A stretch of DNA of 43,897 nt from positions 1 through 43,897 of the IMG/VR virus record IMGVR_UViG_3300027419_000009; one strand, given 5' to 3'. A model generated the notes under the pieces. That model was not told the origin of the DNA, made no database searches, and saw only the letters and a list, made by a program, of their open reading frames with translations. Below are positions 35,618 to 43,897 of this stretch, in pieces (positions within the stretch are counted from its first letter, which is position 1; every line of letters begins with the position of its first letter). This DNA is from a virus (Duplodnaviria; Caudoviricetes). Made by a program: the position numbers and the translations under genes.

Positions 35618-36374
35618 ATGATTTTTTCTGATTAGAATTTATTGAACTGAGTATTAAAATAAATCTGTCATCGCCCTTTCCAGTTTTTCCCCTCAATGCT
35701 GACGGAGCGGTAATCCTATCATTCCACCACCAACCTGAATCATTTTCCGCGATCTTGGCTATGACCTTATCTAAATCCGATAAGTTCCTTTTATCTGTGT
35801 CTATGATCCCGTGGAAATCATGCGCCCATGTTTGTAGATTGGGAGTTTTCAGGGAAGGGAATTTTGCAACTAATATTTCCTTAAATTTTTTAGCATAAAT
35901 GAAATGCGTTGAATCTACAAGATATACCGGCTTTTTTTTAGTCTTCAGTTCTTCAATCTCAACATCTGGAATATCATCATGACTGATTTCAATTCCACCG
36001 GATTTTATTGATTTTAAAAGTATTTCCTTAAATTCTTTTGTTTTGATCAGCTCTAAATCCTTATTAAACCTAATAGCGACTTTTGGAGATCGAGAGTAAT
36101 TGTTTTTAAGCCAATTGACTATAAATATTTCATTGTTTTCTTGCGAATATATAACCCTTTTTTTTGATTGAAAATATCTTATGGCTTCCTCAATTTCCGG
36201 GACTTTTAGTCCGGTATGAAATGAAACAGTGGTTAGAGATATTTCATAAATTCCAGTCTGTGTTGTCTCCGGATTGGTTATTAGGTAAATGTAAATCAAT
36301 TTTTGTTCGGGAGTCAGTCCCTGAATGAATGTGTCTGTCCAAAATTTAGTTTGAAGTGTCCTATATAGAGCCAT
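35553..36374 (-). CDS. Replication initiator (replisome organizer, wHTH N-terminus)
   Basis: 'YR..QT.FW.D..LTPE.K..Y.YL.TN..T...GIYEI..HTG..NW.K.N..SPKV'; C-terminal 'PNLQTWA.D..D.R..W...I..P..LR.K'; adjacent to the loader. Confidence 0.85.
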   Translation of the reverse strand: MALYRTLQTKFWTDTFIQGLTPEQKLIYIYLITNPETTQTGIYEISLTTVSFHTGLKVPEIEEAIRYFQSKKRVIYSQENNEIFIVNWLKNNYSRSPKVAIRFNKDLELIKTKEFKEILLKSIKSGGIEISHDDIPDVEIEELKTKKKPVYLVDSTHFIYAKKFKEILVAKFPSLKTPNLQTWAHDFHGIIDTDKRNLSDLDKVIAKIAENDSGWWWNDRITAPSALRGKTGKGDDRFILILSSINSNQKKSYANENLWGSTNDRTKTEITRS

Positions 36375-36453
36375 CTTCTTAGTCCCCTTTATTTACATTT
36401 GTTTCATTATAATACAGTTCAACAAATTAATTTTATAATTTTTTTAGATAATA

Positions 36454-36481
36454 TGAGGGATGATCTAAAAATCATCCCTCA
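36454..36481. promoter_or_regulatory. Perfect 11-bp inverted repeat between the recombination and replication blocks
   Basis: TGAGGGATGAT-CTAAAA-ATCATCCCTCA; no U-tract on either side. Confidence 0.5.
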
Positions 36482-36493
36482 ATTAAAAAGGGG

Positions 36494-37897
36494 TTAAAAT
36501 AAGGTGGAATCATCTTCATGATCGATTGATTTTTTAATAGGAGTTCCATCAATTTTTTTTACCTCACCGCATTCAAGGTAAATCCCAACCTCACCGGATT
36601 CATCAACCCGTTCAGCCCAAATCTGAAAATCATTTTTTTCAGCAATTTCTTTAATTGCCTCAAGATGATCATTATCAAGTGAATTAGCGTCATCAATCCG
36701 CATGATCCTTAGATCTGGATTCAATGCTATTTTTACTGATACTGCAATCTGGATTTTCTGGGCAGTCGAACATTGCTCTAATGGAATCTCGTTAAAGGTA
36801 ACCCCTGCGCTGGAAAATCCTAAACCACTCACAGGAAATTGAGTGTTGGAAACTAGATTATCTTTATATCCTACAATTTGTTTTTCTTTTTCGACCAAAG
36901 AATCCATTATTAGCTGGTCTTCTGCCAATTGCGAACGCAATGATTGTAATGTGATCCATTGGTCTGCTTTCTGATTTATTGAATCAGCATTATTGATTTT
37001 ACTATCTATGTCAGTAAAATCAGGGTCAACCAAATCAACAATTTTTTCAAATTCATTAGAAATTTCTTTAGACATTAAAGATAAATCTTTATCTTGCCTG
37101 CTAGCTTCATCTTTAAGAATTGACAATTCATTTTGCAGTTTTTCTATAGAAATATTAAGTTCTTGCAGTTTTTTTTCATTTGCTTCATAAGCGACTTTTT
37201 TTAGTTTCAAAATATCACGCTTAGCATTGTTATCGCTAACGATTTCTGCCAATTTTCTACGATCGTTGAATAATCCGGATACTGAAATCTTTTCCGTTGG
37301 CTCAACTTCACCCATAAGCTCTATTGATTTTTTACGCAGATCAATAGATTTCCTTATTTCCTGCTGATCCCGTTTTATTTTTTGAAATGCCTGATTAATA
37401 ATTTCAATCGGATTGTCAGTTTCAATATTGGATTCAGATATTGATTCCAGATATTTTTTATCAGGGTTGAAATTGGTTATTTTTAACAAAGTCCCAACCT
37501 GATCTTTTTTGTCTTGCCTGAGAAATTCCAATGGATCAAAGGTGTAATTACCCCAAAGTTCATCGAGGATTTTCTGAGGTGTTGCATACTTCCCCCGTTC
37601 ACCGGTAACGGTCAGATAGCTTCCCTTCTCTGTGATTTTCCGAGAGACTACCAGTCCATTAGATAGAGTTATTTCTATCTCGGCGGTTTTCTGCCCGGAA
37701 TGAATCGGCATTTCCGGTATGTCCTTTTGACCGCCAAGCGCATACCATATTGAATCAATCAGAGAAGATTTGCCTGAAGCATTTTTTCCGGTTACCTGGA
37801 TTAAAGGGTTTTCCCCTAAGTTGTCCAGTTCGACAACTTTAATATTCTTGATATTTCTAACCAGTAGCTGAATTATTTTTACGTTTTTATTTTCCAT
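36494..37897 (-). CDS. SMC/Rad50-like coiled-coil ATPase (AAA_23 type)
   Basis: Walker A TGKNASGKSS, long coiled coil, degenerate signature CSTAQ, Walker B/D-loop RIDDANSLD. Confidence 0.85.
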   Translation of the reverse strand: MENKNVKIIQLLVRNIKNIKVVELDNLGENPLIQVTGKNASGKSSLIDSIWYALGGQKDIPEMPIHSGQKTAEIEITLSNGLVVSRKITEKGSYLTVTGERGKYATPQKILDELWGNYTFDPLEFLRQDKKDQVGTLLKITNFNPDKKYLESISESNIETDNPIEIINQAFQKIKRDQQEIRKSIDLRKKSIELMGEVEPTEKISVSGLFNDRRKLAEIVSDNNAKRDILKLKKVAYEANEKKLQELNISIEKLQNELSILKDEASRQDKDLSLMSKEISNEFEKIVDLVDPDFTDIDSKINNADSINQKADQWITLQSLRSQLAEDQLIMDSLVEKEKQIVGYKDNLVSNTQFPVSGLGFSSAGVTFNEIPLEQCSTAQKIQIAVSVKIALNPDLRIMRIDDANSLDNDHLEAIKEIAEKNDFQIWAERVDESGEVGIYLECGEVKKIDGTPIKKSIDHEDDSTLF

Positions 37898-37935
37898 TGA
37901 TTTTTTCCTTTTTTAAAATAAGGGTAAAGACTGGA

Positions 37936-39072
37936 CTATATAAGCCCAGGCATATCATCGCTTTGTTCTTCGGCTAACAATGGGTCAATATCATCATTTG
38001 ATTCAGTTTTGTGATCCGGTATAATCTCAACCTCAATATCTGGAAGATCAGTTTCGGGTAGATTATCCAAAATGTATTGTTCCATTCTGTCCAAAATCTC
38101 TATCGCCCATTTGTCCTGATTAATTTCATTGATTGACTTCGCAATGTAAATTTTACCGTTTTTGGGAGATATTATTTTTGAAAATTCCTGATAGATTTCA
38201 GCCTCGGTTTTGATGATATTCCGAGTCTTATAAATATCAATGATTTCCTTAACAGCATTGGGTATTTTGGTCTTTAATTCTTCCGATTCATCCTTGATAA
38301 ACTCAGGAGTATCAACCGGCTTTTCATCATCAATAGGAGCCGGAATAACAGCATTAGCTGGTATCATAGGAGTAAACCCGGCAGCTGATTCTATCAGGTT
38401 AGTTGCGCCACCTCTTATTCTATTAATAAAAGACGGGTCAACCGTATTTAATAAAATCTTAGGGACAAAATGAACCTGTTTTTTTCCCTCGTGATGGGTT
38501 TCAACTTGTGTCATTTGTAGGTCAAGGACTATTGAAGAAAACCGACCGCATAATCCTTGAACGTAATTCAGCCCATCCATGATTGATTTCAGTTTCATGA
38601 CTGACCCGGTATCAATCTGATAAACTCCCCCGTAATTGACCTCTGGAAGGATAACCAAAATATGACCGCGTAATGAGCAATCGCCATTGTTAAACTGTGG
38701 ACAATTGTCATAACATTTTATTTTAGGATCAATGGTTTCCACTGGAACAAAATTAAAATTTTTATCCCTGCGATATGCCCTCACCCCGTCTCCATAACAT
38801 TTAAGTCCTGCCCCCGAACCATACCATTTGAAGCTGTGAGGCATTAAAAGGCTGAGATTTTCAACGGGGAATAAAACCTTAATGGACTTTGGTTTTTCCC
38901 CGTATATTCTCTGAACCTCTGGCGGGCAAACAAAATAATCAGTTTCCGCTGGGTATTCCTTACCTTTGGCAGATAGCTTTTTAATCCCCAGCCGGATTTT
39001 TCCCAATCTTGGAAGCATCGGATCATTAAAAAGTCCTGGTATTTCATTGATTTTTTCTCTTGGTTTAATCAT
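37936..39072 (-). CDS. Gp3-like (recombination directionality factor-like) protein, probable recombination / ssDNA-annealing role
   Basis: 'LPRLGKIRLG.K......YP...DYF', 'C.GDG', 'GGVYQIDTGS' motifs; lies between exonuclease and ATPase. Confidence 0.7.
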   Translation of the reverse strand: MIKPREKINEIPGLFNDPMLPRLGKIRLGIKKLSAKGKEYPAETDYFVCPPEVQRIYGEKPKSIKVLFPVENLSLLMPHSFKWYGSGAGLKCYGDGVRAYRRDKNFNFVPVETIDPKIKCYDNCPQFNNGDCSLRGHILVILPEVNYGGVYQIDTGSVMKLKSIMDGLNYVQGLCGRFSSIVLDLQMTQVETHHEGKKQVHFVPKILLNTVDPSFINRIRGGATNLIESAAGFTPMIPANAVIPAPIDDEKPVDTPEFIKDESEELKTKIPNAVKEIIDIYKTRNIIKTEAEIYQEFSKIISPKNGKIYIAKSINEINQDKWAIEILDRMEQYILDNLPETDLPDIEVEIIPDHKTESNDDIDPLLAEEQSDDMPGLI

Positions 39073-39075
39073 GTA

Positions 39076-40206
39076 TTAAACCTCGCTTTCATTAATTTTC
39101 AAATTAGTATAAGTTTTTTTATAGAAGGCATTTTTATTAACTAACTCTTTATCGACCAGTTCCCGTTCCGTCTGTGTCAGGTTAACTGAATATTTTCCGC
39201 AAACAGCTTTTTTTAAGCCTAAATCTAACATCAAATTTTCAATTTCCAGTTTCATGAAATCAAGATCTTTCTCGAATTTTCTGGCTTGAGATTCAAGGCG
39301 GGATTTTTCAGCTTTTTGAATGAAATAATTATCAATCAGATCAAAGGCTTTTTTGTCTTCTATGACCTTCCCGGAATCTTGCAAAACTTCAAACTCTGTT
39401 TTCCGGTCTGTATTCTGGCATTGATTTTTATATCCGCAATATTGACAGCGCCAATTATCGGCTGGGTAAGGTCTTAATGGAAGCTTCTTAGATCCTGAAT
39501 AGGTATCAACTTCATCCCATTTTTTTAAAATGTTATCTAGTATGCCAACCATATTATGATGGATCTCAACAATATCACGCTGGGAAGTGATAAGTTCATT
39601 TACCGATAAAGTGTCGGTTTTAAAATCATAACTTAAAAGATACTCCAAATAAGCAGAAGTATTTTTGTTCTTCATTAATAGGCAAGCCTTTTTAATCTCA
39701 GGGTTAAACTTATTCAGTCCGTTGATGTATATGGCGCATTGAGCTAAATAATCCCATGGTAATTCCGTTGGATCGCCTTTTGCATATCTTTCCCATGAAT
39801 TACAATTTATCGCTTTATGCTCGAAAAGTATATCTTCACCCGTAGGAAGTGTCAGGATACCATCTATTGATCCTGAGACTTGTTGTCCCCGGATTGTCTG
39901 TATGCAATCAACTTTCATTTGTGAGCTGTGCAGTTTGATGATTGATTTATCAATCCAGTTTTTTGTCAGTTCCTCATGCCAGCTTGAATCATCAAAGACT
40001 AAAACAGCGCGCCCGGCTAGATCTTCTTGCGGAAATCCTAGGGACTGATAAACCATCTGGCGTAGGCAACGGGTATCATGACAATAGTCATGGGTAAAAG
40101 ATGAGTTGCTCGGTCTGTGCCGATAAACGCTATTATTTCCTGCGTTGTTAGCAACTTGCTCTTTGTTATACTGTTTAGCAACCTGTAAAATCAGATCTGC
40201 AATCAT
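39076..40206 (-). CDS. Cas4-like PD-(D/E)XK exonuclease with Fe-S cysteines
   Basis: 'PS..CLRQ', 'H', 'GSIDG', 'EHK', 'Q...Y', 'CQYCGYKNQC'. Confidence 0.85.
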   Translation of the reverse strand: MIADLILQVAKQYNKEQVANNAGNNSVYRHRPSNSSFTHDYCHDTRCLRQMVYQSLGFPQEDLAGRAVLVFDDSSWHEELTKNWIDKSIIKLHSSQMKVDCIQTIRGQQVSGSIDGILTLPTGEDILFEHKAINCNSWERYAKGDPTELPWDYLAQCAIYINGLNKFNPEIKKACLLMKNKNTSAYLEYLLSYDFKTDTLSVNELITSQRDIVEIHHNMVGILDNILKKWDEVDTYSGSKKLPLRPYPADNWRCQYCGYKNQCQNTDRKTEFEVLQDSGKVIEDKKAFDLIDNYFIQKAEKSRLESQARKFEKDLDFMKLEIENLMLDLGLKKAVCGKYSVNLTQTERELVDKELVNKNAFYKKTYTNLKINESEV

Positions 40207-40367
40207 TAAAATTTCCCCCTTGTTTCGACAATAATAATGGCAGAGATCAAAACCAGAATCAAAGCAATTAAAAAGGATACAGCCTTTAAAAATCTAGACT
40301 TTGGTTTTTCAAATCTACCAGATAATGGATTTAAGATCCATCTCGATTGATTATTTTGTTTTTTCAT
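40206..40367 (-). CDS. Small membrane protein (53 aa)
   Basis: Not in ORF track: MKKQNNQSRWILNPLSGRFEKPKSRFLKAVSFLIALILVLISAIIIVETRGKF; GAGG RBS; TAATG coupling to the exonuclease. Confidence 0.6.
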   Translation of the reverse strand: MKKQNNQSRWILNPLSGRFEKPKSRFLKAVSFLIALILVLISAIIIVETRGKF

Positions 40368-40566
40368 TATTGATTTTTTCCTCTTTCTCTATATGTAATC
40401 GAATAACCATGTTTACCCATTGATTAGGTTTCAGTCCAGTCGCTTTAAGTTTAGGAACAATTTCCGACTCCCAATAATCCTTGTTCACTCGGAGCCATAT
40501 GTAATGATTTTTCTCAGGATTTATTATTTTGGGTCTCCCCGGCTTCCTCTTTTTTTTATCAGTCAT
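40351..40566 (-). CDS. Small DNA-binding protein (GRPK plus RHH-like)
   Basis: Probable ATG 40566 (AGGGGGTG RBS); 'KPGRPK..IWLRV..G....QWV..VI'. Confidence 0.65.
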   Translation of the reverse strand: MTDKKKRKPGRPKIINPEKNHYIWLRVNKDYWESEIVPKLKATGLKPNQWVNMVIRLHIEKEEKINNEKTK

Positions 40567-40641
40567 TTTAATCACCCCCTTTATTTGTTTTATTTTATTA
40601 TTATAATACAAAACTTTATAAAATAAATAAAAATAATTTAT

Positions 40642-40932
40642 TTATTTTTTCTCGGATTTAAGCCAGATAATAAGATTTAACAATGACAATTCTAAAGATA
40701 ATGAACTGAATTCTTTTACGTTCATCTGTATATGTGAATATACATCAATCTCACTATAATAATATTTTACTTTAAAGAATTTCTTACCATGATAAATAAA
40801 CTTATCAATTCTTGTATGGTTAAACTGATCATCGGTTAATAAATTCCATAATAATTCAGTTTTTGATTTTTCATCTATAAATTCAATCCCATGTTTTTTT
40901 AATATCTTTAGACATTCATTATAATTAAGCAT
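40642..40932 (-). CDS. Hypothetical protein
   Basis: ORF with GGAGAAGG RBS. Confidence 0.65.
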   Translation of the reverse strand: MLNYNECLKILKKHGIEFIDEKSKTELLWNLLTDDQFNHTRIDKFIYHGKKFFKVKYYYSEIDVYSHIQMNVKEFSSLSLELSLLNLIIWLKSEKK

Positions 40933-40948
40933 AAACCTTCTCCATTTT

Positions 40949-42883
40949 TTAATATTTATTTCCCGTCTGTTTCCAATATTTCTTTAATATCCTTTTAGCC
41001 AATTTCGCTTGGCGCTGGGTAAGGCTGGGCAACAATGCAAGTTCTTTTCCTATGCAGGTGTCAATTTTATTGAACCCCATATCATTTTTTATATTGGCAT
41101 TGTCAAAATCAAGCCCTGCTAATAATCGCAAATCGGTCTGAATTTTGGAAATCAATTCAGGAGATAAATCCGGCTCACTGTCCCAATCTGTTTTTTTAGT
41201 CTTATGAAATTCCGATTCTTCAGCGTGATAAACAAAATCATCTTCATCCTTGGATGGTTCAGCCTGCATTTTTAGATCATTGGGGTTTATGCAGTCTAAA
41301 GCCCGTTCTATAATCTCCTGTTTTTTAATCAGCTGTTTAGAAATCTTAATATCTATTGAACCGTCTAAAACAAGATGATAAATATTTACAGCGTTTTTTT
41401 GACCTATCCTATGGCATCGATCTTCTGCCTGTATCATGTTTCCAGGCGTCCAATCCAATTCACCGAATATAACATTAGAAGCCTTGGTTAGTGTAAGTCC
41501 CACCCCGGCAGCCTGAATTGAACCGATAAAAACCTTCACGCTATCATCATTTTGAAATCTGTTAACTGATTTATTTCTATCTTCAAGATTCATTTCCCCG
41601 GTCAGTTTAACCGCCTGATCCGCAAATTCTTCTTGAAGTGAATTAATAACATCATGATGATGGGCAAATATAACGACCTTATCAGTTGACTCTAAAAGCT
41701 CATTTACATACTCAACCATCATCGGAACTTTTTTTATTGCAGTCTGGTATCTCAGTTTCGCCAGCATGGTAAAGCTGGCATTGATTTCTGAGCGCAATTT
41801 TTCAACCGCCGCCTTATAAGCTGAATCATCATCCGACAGCTTAGATATTTCAATTTCTGCCTTGATCTTGGTTATCAGCTCATGATTGAAGCATGAATTT
41901 TCTTCAGCTAATTCTTTTTTCAACTCTTTGGTTTCAACCGGGAGAATTACAACCGACCGGCGTTTTTCTGGCAGCTCTTTTAATACCTCAGATTTCAGCC
42001 TGCGGACATAATATCTTGATCGGATAATAAACTGCAATTCTTCCAGATTAGAAGCCCCGGAATCATCTATTCCATATTTAGTTTGCTTCCCATCACAATA
42101 ACGCATAACAAACTTGAACCAGTTTCCAAACATATCCGGGTCAACTGATTTAAGCATTGTGTAAATCTCTTTAGGGCGGTTTAGTATTGGCGTTCCAGTC
42201 ATAAAGATTTTTCTTTTACCAGGAATAGCCAGCCCTATCTTTGAGCGGATGGCTTTAGCTGATTTCATTTTGTGAGCTTCATCAAAGATGATTAAATCCC
42301 AAGCGTTAAGATTCAGATCATCCTTAAACTTGCTCAGAATATCATAGTTGATTATTTTAATCCCCTCAGTCTTGAGCTGATCCGGATTGCTGATAATATC
42401 TATCTGGTAGGGGTCTATAATCCATTTCTCAGCTTCAGACTGCCAGTTATATTTTAAGCTGGCTGGGCATACTACCAGAATGCGGTCTAAATCAGCTCTA
42501 AACAGGTTAATATAACCTAAACCTTGGATTGTCTTACCTAATCCCATTTCATCGCATAGCAGGCAATTAGGTCTCCCTGCCATGTATTCTATCCCTGCCC
42601 TCTGATATGGCAGATAGGCTAAACCTTCCGGAGCCGGGACTTGAAAATCAGATGATGATTTCATTGAATCTTCGATTGTTGTTTTTTCGGCGGTCTGAAT
42701 AAGGTTCAATGACTCTAAAGCCGACCCGTTGAAAAATTCTTTTAGTTTTTCGGCAACCTGACTATTAGTTGTTTCCCAGCGTTTTTCTTTAACATTCCAG
42801 CGGAATCCAGCTTCTTTAGGTGTAAACCGTTCCTCGTAACTTGATATGCAGTAGAATAATCCTTGTTCATAACAGACTTGCAT
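40949..42883 (-). CDS. SNF2-family helicase (SMARCAL1/HARP-like)
   Basis: DEMGLGKT, VCPASL, DEAH, TGTP, GVGLTLT, QAEDRCHRIGQ. Confidence 0.92.
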   Translation of the reverse strand: MQVCYEQGLFYCISSYEERFTPKEAGFRWNVKEKRWETTNSQVAEKLKEFFNGSALESLNLIQTAEKTTIEDSMKSSSDFQVPAPEGLAYLPYQRAGIEYMAGRPNCLLCDEMGLGKTIQGLGYINLFRADLDRILVVCPASLKYNWQSEAEKWIIDPYQIDIISNPDQLKTEGIKIINYDILSKFKDDLNLNAWDLIIFDEAHKMKSAKAIRSKIGLAIPGKRKIFMTGTPILNRPKEIYTMLKSVDPDMFGNWFKFVMRYCDGKQTKYGIDDSGASNLEELQFIIRSRYYVRRLKSEVLKELPEKRRSVVILPVETKELKKELAEENSCFNHELITKIKAEIEISKLSDDDSAYKAAVEKLRSEINASFTMLAKLRYQTAIKKVPMMVEYVNELLESTDKVVIFAHHHDVINSLQEEFADQAVKLTGEMNLEDRNKSVNRFQNDDSVKVFIGSIQAAGVGLTLTKASNVIFGELDWTPGNMIQAEDRCHRIGQKNAVNIYHLVLDGSIDIKISKQLIKKQEIIERALDCINPNDLKMQAEPSKDEDDFVYHAEESEFHKTKKTDWDSEPDLSPELISKIQTDLRLLAGLDFDNANIKNDMGFNKIDTCIGKELALLPSLTQRQAKLAKRILKKYWKQTGNKY

Positions 42884-42901
42884 TGATTTTTTCTCCCCTC
42901 T

Positions 42902-43654
42902 TTAGTTTTGGCTATTCTCCCTGTCCAGAAAACAGGAATTTTTTAGAGCATCTTCTGGCATCCAGGAATTGAGATTTGCGATTCTTGTTTTTTGAGTAGC
43001 CAAGAAAATATCAGCCATTTTGGCAAGATGCTTACGATCCATATATCTTGCAACTCGGAAATTTGGAAATTGTGAGACTAAAATTATAAATCTACCGAAT
43101 TTTTCGAGAGCTTCCAGGTCAATCAGGATAAAGGTTAAAATCTTCTCTGATTTGTCATCTTCTAAATTCTTAAAGTTGTATCTATCGGCAACTTTTGTTA
43201 GCAGAATCTCACCATATTCTGCCATTATTCCGATCAATGAAACCCCTTGAATTATTCTATCTTCCATTATTTTTTTCCATCCATCTATGGCATTTTCAAG
43301 ATACATTTTGCAAAAATCAAAATCTCCCTGAATATCCCGGTCATCGTCTTCGTAGCGGATGATAAAAATATCTTGTTCTGTTTTCCTGATCTGGATAGCT
43401 TGACTGGATAATCTAGACAGCTCTAAAACTAGCTCTTTAAGGATTGAATAACCATAAAGATGATTTTTGATCTGTCCGACAGAATCAAACTGATAAATAG
43501 CAAGTTTTGGGTTTCCCTTATCTACTTGGTTTTTATAGACTCTGACAACCCCATAACTTCCATTTTTTCTTGAGTTAGTCTGTGCAACTCTGCCTGGATA
43601 GGCTTCTTTTAGTTTGTTGATAAGCTCTATTGATTTCCTGTTCAAGTAAATCAT
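42902..43654 (-). CDS. Early hypothetical protein (250 aa)
   Basis: ORF with GAAGGGA RBS, immediately 3' of the hammerhead. Confidence 0.7.
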   Translation of the reverse strand: MIYLNRKSIELINKLKEAYPGRVAQTNSRKNGSYGVVRVYKNQVDKGNPKLAIYQFDSVGQIKNHLYGYSILKELVLELSRLSSQAIQIRKTEQDIFIIRYEDDDRDIQGDFDFCKMYLENAIDGWKKIMEDRIIQGVSLIGIMAEYGEILLTKVADRYNFKNLEDDKSEKILTFILIDLEALEKFGRFIILVSQFPNFRVARYMDRKHLAKMADIFLATQKTRIANLNSWMPEDALKNSCFLDRENSQN

Positions 43655-43683
43655 CTTTTATTCCCTTCTTTTAGATTTGATTT

Positions 43684-43748
43684 CCTGCAACCCTGAAGCC
43701 TTCCCCTTCAGGGTTTCGGGCAGTTATCGGCTGGCCTCATCGGGCAGG
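43684..43748 (-). ncRNA. Type I hammerhead ribozyme (U4C core variant)
   Basis: CCUGC [CCGAUGA] GGCCAG-CCGAUAA-CUGCCC [GAAA] CCCUGAAG-GGGAAGG-CUUCAGGG [UU] GCAGG: three stems and core in canonical order. Confidence 0.8.
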
Positions 43749-43770
43749 CTAAGAAAGATATCCATTAACG

Positions 43771-43897
43771 ACATGTATAGCTTTTCGTTTTTCATGTCCA
43801 TTATTAATTTCGATCTGAATAAGATTTTCCCTGATAAGATCCTTGGTTTGCCTGTAAATATATTCAACGCTAGCTTGATAATAAATGCTAACATCGA
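43771..43897. repeat. Terminal overlap, identical to 1-127
   Basis: Exact match. Confidence 0.95.

Noticed and set aside
39076-40206. CRISPR-Cas adaptation gene cas4
   Set aside because: No cas1/cas2 or array; context is a phage recombination block, so it is a solo Cas4-like exonuclease
1578-43250. Plus-strand ORFs and short nested minus-strand ORFs in the supplied track (e.g. 11278-11607, 19646-19963, 22862-23218, 2509-2763)
   Set aside because: They lie opposite or inside well-supported genes, lack RBS and motifs, and look like shadow ORFs
43691-43713. Intrinsic terminator at the CCCTGAAG/CTTCAGGG hairpin
   Set aside because: No U-tract on the coding strand; it is better explained as stem III of the hammerhead

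Overview
This window is a complete, circularly assembled genome of a tailed dsDNA phage (Caudoviricetes). Bases 1-127 equal 43771-43897, so the unit length is 43,770 bp. It is AT-rich and every credible protein gene is on the minus strand. In transcription order the genome runs: two strong sigma70-type early promoters with small hypothetical genes; a recombination block (SNF2 helicase, Cas4-like exonuclease, Gp3-like protein, SMC-like ATPase); replication initiator plus DnaC-like loader; accessory nucleases, MazG and HD genes; a ParB-fusion plus TAGT/GREB1-like glycosyltransferase; TerS and TerL; a portal-MuF fusion; protease/scaffold, decoration and major capsid; neck; an unusual sheath-less tail module interrupted by a lysis cassette with lipoproteins (suggesting a diderm host); and Cys-rich tail-tip proteins. 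I could not recognise an integrase, CI repressor, tRNA, CRISPR array or reverse transcriptase. The most unusual signals are non-coding. (1) A lone plus-strand unit (promoter, ~65-nt RNA, terminator) in the lysis cassette whose 5' arm is complementary to the translation-start regions of several early recombination genes. (2) Two origin-like iteron arrays sharing a 77-bp inverted repeat, outside the initiator gene and bracketing the 20-kb capsid-tail module. (3) A variant type I hammerhead ribozyme in the early transcript. Also notable: virion-module genes with Sec-type signal peptides, an in-frame TAG between two tail-tip ORFs, and apparent GTAC/GGCC avoidance. All protein assignments come from recalled motifs and synteny; no database search was run.
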